DNA from: an uncultured Gammaproteobacteria bacterium
GTDB lineage: Bacteria; Patescibacteriota; Microgenomatia; Levybacterales; GWA1-39-11
Reading direction: 5' to 3'
Assembly (NCBI GenBank): GCA_964409875.1
Contig: CAYPEN010000002.1
Coordinates: forward strand, 1,067 to 65,066
Length of the DNA: 64,000 nucleotides
Part shown: positions 57,752-64,000 of the stretch, in pieces
Numbering within the stretch: position 1 is the stretch's first letter
How the letters are laid out: every line of letters begins with the position of its first letter
Made by a program: the position numbers and the translations under genes
The notes under the pieces: model-generated
What the model was told of the DNA's origin: nothing
What the model saw: the letters and a program-made list of their open reading frames with translations, nothing else
Databases searched by the model: none

Positions 57752-60580
57752 CTAATTCGGCCCGCTTCCATCGTTATAGTACGTTCGTCCATTAAAGACT
57801 GCTGAGGCTCCGACGCATTGAGGTCCGGCGGCTGTCGCAGTTTTATATCCATCATTATCAGCGTCTCTAACCATATTGGGCAATGTTCTATATGCATAAG
57901 CAGAATTATTATTACAGTCATATGTAGCGCTGGCTGAAGCTATCTTCCACGAGTAATTAAATACGCTGCTTATTGTGTTCCTCCTGATAAATTCAGTAGC
58001 GGCCGAAGGAGTTGAGCCCACATATTGAATTGTGTCATCAAGATAATTATCACGGTCTTTGTCATGAACAAATACTCCACCCGCAGCAAGAGTACCTCCC
58101 CGAGCAACAGCAAGTATCGCTCCTCTTCCTAGCGAAACGGAACCAAACGCAACTTTTTGACCCGCAGTAATAGAAAGTCTTGCTCCGGCGGGAATGGTAA
58201 GCTGTGCGGTATTTCTTGTTCCTGTGCCTGAATCTACTCCACCGATTGTTCCTGTGAAATTACAAACAGCGCCTGCCGGAATAGTCATGTTACCAGCTGA
58301 GGGCGCATCACATGGACCTGAAGGGCCGTCAGGAGTTGTAAATGAAATTACACCGCTGGTTCCTCCACTCGTAGCCCCTGTTGTGTAGTTAACCGAGCTA
58401 ACCGTGTTCACTGCATATGCACAGTAATAATATGTGGTGTTAGGATATAACCAGGTGCTTGCATTAAAAGGAATCTGATAGTTAAAGTTCACCGGCGAAC
58501 TTCCACTCCCCAAATCTATATCAGGGAAGTTACCGGACCCTTCCGGATACCGAATACCACCCGTATCGGATGTTGCAGCACAGCTAGCAGGTGCGCTGGT
58601 AAATACCCTAAAATGACCGTTGGTTGGGTAACCATTCGGGTTAGCTGACCCTTTCAAATTCACATAATACGATTGGGGGGCATCATTGCTAACGGTGGTT
58701 ACAGATGTCGGCGCAGGATTTAGCGTTGAAAATGTGCCAAGCGTATAAGCTGTACCATAAGAATTGGTTGCATACGCATTAAATGAATAGGCAGTATTGG
58801 GTTGTAAATTACTAATATTTACTGTAAATACTCCGGTTGTCGTCGCCCCTTGTGGAGTACAGGTTACACCCGAACCAACCAATTGTGGGTTATTGTTAGT
58901 AGATGTAACTGCATAGCAAATACCTCTTGCTGTTAACGATGAGCCTCCAATTGATGTAACGTTGCCACCAAGTGTAGCCGATGAAACCGTGACTGAGGCA
59001 CTAGTAGGCGAAGTTATTGTTGCAACACCTGCAGTCGTTGAAAAGGTATCATCTGTGGAATATGTAGTCCCAAATGCATTTGTAGCATAAGACCTGAAGT
59101 GGTAAAGAGTACTTGGACTTAAATTGTTGAATGTAACTGTGTAGCCCCCAGTAGTTCCAGTAGCTGTTAAGCAATTTCCACCTATAGAAGGGTTAGCGCC
59201 AGTGCCAACACAAACTCCACGACTAGTTATTGTTGAACCCCCATCATTATTTACATAACCGACCAAAGTTGCGCCTGTAGCCGAAATACCACTAACACTT
59301 TGTATTGTTACAGTAATACGATAATGGTCAATGCTATATGTATAAGAACCACTACCAACAATATTTGACTCCTGTACTCTCATTCCGAACGTGGCACTAT
59401 TGATATCGGTTGGTGTGAAAGTTGTTCCCCAGAGATCTGAAGATGATCCGGCAGACCCATATTGCATAGTTGTGTTGATGCTAATATATCTTCCATTACT
59501 GTTAGTACATCCATAACTACCACCTGAGGTTTGATTCGCACAAGTGGAAAGGAATGTATACCAGCTGTCAGTTCCCGACGAAACAGAGCTTTTAGCTTCA
59601 GCCTTTATCCCCAGAATTGAAGCGCTTACTGGTATATTAAATCCAAAACCATAACCCCACAAAAGACTCGTATATCTACCATAAAGAGAACCGTCCAAAA
59701 CTGAAGTTGCATATTGACCGTCTGCTGTATTTGCATATGAAGGATTGGTCCAGGGTTTTGAATATGCATCATAATTATCAGACCAAACAGTTGTTGGATT
59801 CATTGGACCAACATCAATTGTCCCGTTTGTTCCACTTGTGTTACTCATTGTCGGCGCTAAGGGTTGGGTTCGAAGAGCAATTGTAACAACACCTGCTGTT
59901 GCAGTTTCAGATACAGTGGAAGTAAATGATCCTGTCGTTCCAATAGAAGCCTGAGCAATATCAAACATTGCAGTACTTCTACACGATGCGTTATTTGTTG
60001 AAGCTCGTGAGGAAGTACCCGTTGGCGTTGTCCACGTATCACCCAGACAACCCGAAGAATAACCATTATAGAAAAGCAGAACCATATCATTTGCAACAGT
60101 TGTTGTTAGAGCAGTTGTTGCGTGAGTGGTGGAAGTTGCTTGACCTGCAATCGTATGCACATCAATTGGAGTGGAGTTGTTAACTCCCGAATAGGCAACA
60201 ACTCCGGCAGACCAACAGAGACCGCTTCCATAGCTATTAGTCCACGTATAGCTTGCAGGTTCAGATGATACAACTCTGTAATATGTATAAACATTTAGGC
60301 CGTTTGTTGCATCATTTAAATTATCGATAAGAGTCCATCCTGTAGGCGTAGTCCAAGTACCTGAAGTGCCTGAATAGATGTTGGCTATCATAACATCCCC
60401 GTTTTGCACTCCTGCAGGCACATTAATAACAGCATTGGTGGGAGAACAAGCACTACCACTATTAGCAGTTGATGCTGCTCTAAACGTTATTGCAGCCTCA
60501 ACTCTTGTTGGCTTACTTAATAATAACGCAAATATTACCAAACTAAATCCAGACAATAATAATAATTTTTTAAATTTCAT
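57752..60580 (-). CDS. large secreted adhesin-like protein (about 942 aa) with Fn3-like repeats and MopE-type motifs
   Basis: Start at MKFKKLLLLSGFSLVIFALLL (signal peptide). Shares the domain P.GW.LI...YY.V...EPASYTW with the 1108-aa protein. Confidence 0.7.
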   Translation of the reverse strand: MKFKKLLLLSGFSLVIFALLLSKPTRVEAAITFRAASTANSGSACSPTNAVINVPAGVQNGDVMIANIYSGTSGTWTTPTGWTLIDNLNDATNGLNVYTYYRVVSSEPASYTWTNSYGSGLCWSAGVVAYSGVNNSTPIDVHTIAGQATSTTHATTALTTTVANDMVLLFYNGYSSGCLGDTWTTPTGTSSRASTNNASCRSTAMFDIAQASIGTTGSFTSTVSETATAGVVTIALRTQPLAPTMSNTSGTNGTIDVGPMNPTTVWSDNYDAYSKPWTNPSYANTADGQYATSVLDGSLYGRYTSLLWGYGFGFNIPVSASILGIKAEAKSSVSSGTDSWYTFLSTCANQTSGGSYGCTNSNGRYISINTTMQYGSAGSSSDLWGTTFTPTDINSATFGMRVQESNIVGSGSYTYSIDHYRITVTIQSVSGISATGATLVGYVNNDGGSTITSRGVCVGTGANPSIGGNCLTATGTTGGYTVTFNNLSPSTLYHFRSYATNAFGTTYSTDDTFSTTAGVATITSPTSASVTVSSATLGGNVTSIGGSSLTARGICYAVTSTNNNPQLVGSGVTCTPQGATTTGVFTVNISNLQPNTAYSFNAYATNSYGTAYTLGTFSTLNPAPTSVTTVSNDAPQSYYVNLKGSANPNGYPTNGHFRVFTSAPASCAATSDTGGIRYPEGSGNFPDIDLGSGSSPVNFNYQIPFNASTWLYPNTTYYYCAYAVNTVSSVNYTTGATSGGTSGVISFTTPDGPSGPCDAPSAGNMTIPAGAVCNFTGTIGGVDSGTGTRNTAQLTIPAGARLSITAGQKVAFGSVSLGRGAILAVARGGTLAAGGVFVHDKDRDNYLDDTIQYVGSTPSAATEFIRRNTISSVFNYSWKIASASATYDCNNNSAYAYRTLPNMVRDADNDGYKTATAAGPQCVGASAVFNGRTYYNDGSGPN

Positions 60581-60581
60581 T

Positions 60582-60998
60582 TTATTTAATAGTAATTGAA
60601 ACCTTATTATTCGTATCGTTAGATAACCAAGAAGTAAATTCGCCTGATTTACCAAACACTTGCGTATTAGTGGTTTTTCCGGGCCCAACTGTTATATCAG
60701 AACTCATAAGCCCACTTGTTTTTATCGTAACCTCTTTTGCAGTATTATTTTTGACTATTAATGCATTACCTACCTTCACCTCTATCGTATGTGGAGATAG
60801 ACCATCTGATGTCACAAAAAGTGTTCCAGATGGTACTGGTATGGCTGTTGGATTTATTGCTGTATTTTTCATAGATGTAGTTGGCTTTTGAGTTAGAACT
60901 TCGATTTTTGTTTGAGATTTCGACTTAAAGAGAATAATAATACCAAAAAGAACAATTAATCCCATACCTAATATAATTACTATCACTTTTCTATTCAT
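60582..60998 (-). CDS. small N-anchored beta-rich protein (family member 2 of 4)
   Basis: N-terminal TM, beta-rich domain, C-terminus VSITIK. Confidence 0.6.
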   Translation of the reverse strand: MNRKVIVIILGMGLIVLFGIIILFKSKSQTKIEVLTQKPTTSMKNTAINPTAIPVPSGTLFVTSDGLSPHTIEVKVGNALIVKNNTAKEVTIKTSGLMSSDITVGPGKTTNTQVFGKSGEFTSWLSNDTNNKVSITIK

Positions 60999-60999
60999 A

Positions 61000-62028
61000 T
61001 TACCTATTTATTCTAATGGACGATGTTGATGTATTTCCCAGACTATCTGTTCCTATCAAATCATACCCATACGTTCTGTTATAGGTATCCGTAACCTGCC
61101 AAGTTCCCGACCACGTTCCGCTCTGAGCAGTCCCTCCGCTTCGGGACAACGTAAATTCTCTCGCGTCGCCATCCGAGTATAATACTGCTTTAATTGAAGT
61201 AATATTTCCAACAGAATCATCTGCTTGCACTCTAATCGATTGCGCCTGGCCAATCGACTGGTATAACGGCATAATTGTTGCACTATATATATCAGGATTG
61301 GTACTTGCAGGATTCCCAAAGTCATAGGTAACAGAGCCTACAGGAGGAGTCGGGGTTGGAGTTGGGGTTGAGGACGGCAATGGAGTCGGTGTTGCGGTAG
61401 GATTGATGGTTTCTATTCCTCCGCCGCCAATTGAAGGCCCTGCAGCAAGTGCGTCACAATTGACAGCTCCTGACAATGTACATGCCCATGTGGCACCTGA
61501 GTAACCGGCAGGAACACAATTTGAAAGGGATGAAAGCGGACAAATATTGGTAAGCGCAGAGGACTTACTTACCTGCGCAAATACCACATTCCATTGAGGA
61601 CAGGCAGCTGATGTATCGGTACGATACTTATAACACGTCCCGCTGCCTCCATTACATTTCGGGTCCTGAGGAACCTTCTTCATATATACAGTGTTATTCA
61701 CCCTCCACTCGTTACCGAAAGGAATTTGCTGTGGGTAACATTTTTTATCACCATAGTAAAGATCCAAAGCGGTCTTAACCTGCTTCAAATCGGCAACTCT
61801 TTGAGCGTCTTGGCTTTTATTCAGCTGTCCTACGGGGTTGATGGTCAAAAGAATGCCGCCGATAAGTGTCGCAAGAATTGTTGCGGCAACAAGCACTTCA
61901 ATAAGAGTAAAACCTTCTTTAGAAGACAATAGACAATAGACACTAGACACTAGATTTTTTTTATTCAATCTTCTGTCTTCTCTCTTCTGTCTTTTGACTA
62001 ATATATTCTGTTGGGCAGATAATTTCAT
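61000..62028 (-). CDS. large type IV pilin/pseudopilin (class III signal peptide)
   Basis: KEGFTLIEVLVAATIL prepilin motif. The true start may be an internal GTG near 61950. About 290-aa C-terminal globular part. Confidence 0.75.
   Translation of the reverse strand: MKLSAQQNILVKRQKREDRRLNKKNLVSSVYCLLSSKEGFTLIEVLVAATILATLIGGILLTINPVGQLNKSQDAQRVADLKQVKTALDLYYGDKKCYPQQIPFGNEWRVNNTVYMKKVPQDPKCNGGSGTCYKYRTDTSAACPQWNVVFAQVSKSSALTNICPLSSLSNCVPAGYSGATWACTLSGAVNCDALAAGPSIGGGGIETINPTATPTPLPSSTPTPTPTPPVGSVTYDFGNPASTNPDIYSATIMPLYQSIGQAQSIRVQADDSVGNITSIKAVLYSDGDAREFTLSRSGGTAQSGTWSGTWQVTDTYNRTYGYDLIGTDSLGNTSTSSIRINR
61925..61992. repeat. Heptanucleotide tandem repeats (ACAATAG x2, ACACTAG x2; TCTTCTG/TCTTCTC x3) in the 5' end or leader of the pilin gene
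   Basis: Read directly from the sequence. The unit length is not a multiple of 3. Confidence 0.55.
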
Positions 62029-62532
62029 TTATTTAATAACTACAATTCCCGTCATTGACGGTTTTTCTTTACTTTTGTAGGTGAATGTGCCTGATGTATT
62101 AAAGGTTACTTGCTTGTATTCCCCGGGTGCAATTGCTCCTAAATTAAGTACAGCGCTGTTTGCATCATTTGCCTCGATAGTAATAGGGTCTGCGTCGATA
62201 TTAAGGAATTGAATGTAACCGCCTTTTGGAATGGTAACTGGAGAAGGATTAAACCTTCTCGAATTTAACATGACCGTTGAATTTTCTATTGGTGGAATTG
62301 TCGGATACGGGGTGAGGTTGACCTTTTTTGTAGGCTCGTTGGATGTGGAAGGGATATTGTTGTCAACGACGTTTTCTTTCCCTTTCCCAAAAAGCAAAAT
62401 TATTGAGAGCACCAGGAAAATAACAATTCCCCCCACTAAAATGCCCATGATTATTTTTTCGTTTTTGTTCATGGCGCGAGTAAGCTCATTTGAGATATAT
62501 CCTGCTTCTTTTGACTTGACTCTTTTTGGCAT
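62029..62532 (-). CDS. small N-anchored beta-rich protein (family member 3 of 4)
   Basis: N-terminal TM. C-terminus GTFTYKSKEKPSMTGIVVIK. Confidence 0.6.
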   Translation of the reverse strand: MPKRVKSKEAGYISNELTRAMNKNEKIIMGILVGGIVIFLVLSIILLFGKGKENVVDNNIPSTSNEPTKKVNLTPYPTIPPIENSTVMLNSRRFNPSPVTIPKGGYIQFLNIDADPITIEANDANSAVLNLGAIAPGEYKQVTFNTSGTFTYKSKEKPSMTGIVVIK

Positions 62533-62835
62533 ATCAATTTGTATAACTTTTTTATCTGTCGCAAATTGTAAGAAAAGGCCGACCTGCCAAAACTAAGCCA
62601 ACCGGAAGCTGCAACACTCCCTACCCAACGCACTACTGCATTGTGTAGTTTTAGTATATGTACCTTTTTTTTCCGTTGTCAAGAGAAGAAAACACTCAAA
62701 ATATATTAAATATATTAATTTCTCTATTTAGAAACGAGCTATTTCTCATTTCTTTGTATAATTTACTATAAATATAGATATCAAAATATAAAACAAACTA
62801 TCAATTATTCTTGATATTTATATGATATCTATTTG

Positions 62836-63726
62836 TCATTTATACGGTATTTCAGTTGTAACAGTTATCCCCATGCTATCGGTCGCTTGAATCCGTAAAA
62901 AATATTGCTTATTTATCGTATCAGTTATATTCCATATGCCATACCACGTTCCATTTGTGTTTTCACCATCTACAAGATGCAACGGATACGTATTTACCTG
63001 TGTATCAGTTCTTACTGTTACATTGACAGAATTGATTGGATTTGTTGAACGCGCTTCGATTGAGAATCTTTGCAAGCCGCGTGCTGCAGGATATGGACTA
63101 ATATTACCTGCTGTAAAATAGGGGTCAGTATTCATTGCAACGGTAAAATTCCCACCGGTAGCTGGCGTAGGGATGGGAGTCGAGGAAATTGACGGAACTG
63201 TAGTTGGCGTCACTTTATCACCATACTTTAATGCGGACGCTTGCAGTGACTGACAATCTACATCTCCTGATAGTTGGCAGGCCCATGAAGAGTTGTAGCC
63301 TGATGGCGCACATTTGGATAAGCTTGATAATACACATGCATCTCCATTGCTTGGCTGCTTATCGAGCTTTGCAAATACGATTCCCCATTGAGGACATGCT
63401 TTTGTATCTGTATAATAACTAAAGGGTACGTTGTTAGGATCTTGGGGAACCTTTTTCATATAAACGGTATTATTTTCTTTCCACTCTCCCCCATTTGTAA
63501 GCACATCGGAAAAAGAAGAATTTTTTGAAGGAAAACACTTTTTATCAGAATAATAAAGATTGAGTGCCTTTTTTATTTCCCGGATACTCTCCTGTCTCAC
63601 CACATCCTTTGCTTTTGTTGTCTGCCTGAAAGGGTTGATGCCTATCAAAACTCCAGCCCCAAGCGTTGCAAGAATCGTAAGTGCTACCAAAATTTCAACA
63701 AGAGTAAAACCTTTGTTCTCTAGCAT
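62836..63726 (-). CDS. large type IV pilin (paralog of 61000..62028)
   Basis: MLENK|GFTLVEILVALTIL canonical prepilin leader and hydrophobic stalk. Shares NTVYMKKVPQDP...CPQW with the other pilin. Confidence 0.8.
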   Translation of the reverse strand: MLENKGFTLVEILVALTILATLGAGVLIGINPFRQTTKAKDVVRQESIREIKKALNLYYSDKKCFPSKNSSFSDVLTNGGEWKENNTVYMKKVPQDPNNVPFSYYTDTKACPQWGIVFAKLDKQPSNGDACVLSSLSKCAPSGYNSSWACQLSGDVDCQSLQASALKYGDKVTPTTVPSISSTPIPTPATGGNFTVAMNTDPYFTAGNISPYPAARGLQRFSIEARSTNPINSVNVTVRTDTQVNTYPLHLVDGENTNGTWYGIWNITDTINKQYFLRIQATDSMGITVTTEIPYK

Positions 63727-63780
63727 ATCTTCTTTCGATGCTACTCTTTTATGCATAGTATTGAAATGTTAGGCTAAGTA

Positions 63781-64000
63781 TTTGCCAATTACTGAATTAC
63801 TATCGTTCCTTTTTGCTCCGGTATTAATTTATTGTAGTAACTAAATTGTCCGGGGGTTGAAAACTTTATAGGACTGGATGTACTTCCCACCTCAATTTTC
63901 CCAATTTTTAGATCATTATTCGCTGGAGCTGATAATATATTTGGCTCTATATCTATCACCTTCTCTGAAAAATTAGCAAAATTGATATATGTACCTTTTT
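63781..64000 (-). CDS. small beta-rich protein (family member 4 of 4), C-terminal part only; truncated by window edge
   Basis: Translation ...GQFSYYNKLIPEQKGTIVIQ* aligns with the C-termini of the other three members. Confidence 0.5.

Noticed and set aside
57316-62532. Calling the small anchored proteins cupredoxins or copper proteins
   Set aside because: Spacing and strand pattern are cupredoxin-like, but no Cys ligand is present and only one member has candidate His residues. They are described only as beta-rich anchored partners.

Overview
This window is 64 kb of a low-GC (about 40-45% GC) bacterial chromosome, with several short high-GC (about 60%) islands embedded in it. The gene content points to a monoderm, probably CPR/Patescibacteria-like, organism: a competence operon, very large type IV pilins, giant surface proteins and few biosynthetic genes. 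That taxonomic placement is inference only. Housekeeping genes identified: tRNA-Thr(CGU), uppP, mreB, leuS, ndk, comEA, a comEC encoded as two ORFs, a polysaccharide deacetylase, and a WecB/TagA/CpsF-family glycosyltransferase. Signalling and defence genes: a PAS histidine kinase operon with a CheY-like receiver, and a HigB/HigA-like toxin-antitoxin pair. The less ordinary content is as follows. (1) A minus-strand locus at 53.9-64 kb is built from four tandem two-gene modules, each a small N-anchored beta-rich protein followed by either a giant type IV pilin or a roughly 1000-aa secreted adhesin-like protein. (2) A plus-strand surface-protein cluster at 15.8-20.9 kb pairs a C-terminally anchored protein with a Thr/Ser/Gly-rich secreted protein, twice, and the secreted proteins share a conserved extreme C-terminal motif. 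(3) A 3725-aa membrane protein starts with two tyrosine-recombinase-type SAM-like (core-binding) domains. (4) LeuS carries a YdeN/RBBP9-type serine hydrolase domain inserted at the start of its editing domain. (5) A GC-rich element of about 110 nt occurs three times, once in frame inside the glycosyltransferase gene. (6) High-GC islands at 1-5000, 8340-9470, 14230-15700 and 32590-33760 carry strong Shine-Dalgarno sites; the first is organised as repeated promoter/terminator cassette modules. (7) Hairpin repeats flank an excisionase-family gene plus the glycosyltransferase, next to tandem duplications of the mreB 3' end. No CRISPR array, rRNA or intact integrase was found. All functional calls come from motif recognition by eye; no searches were run.
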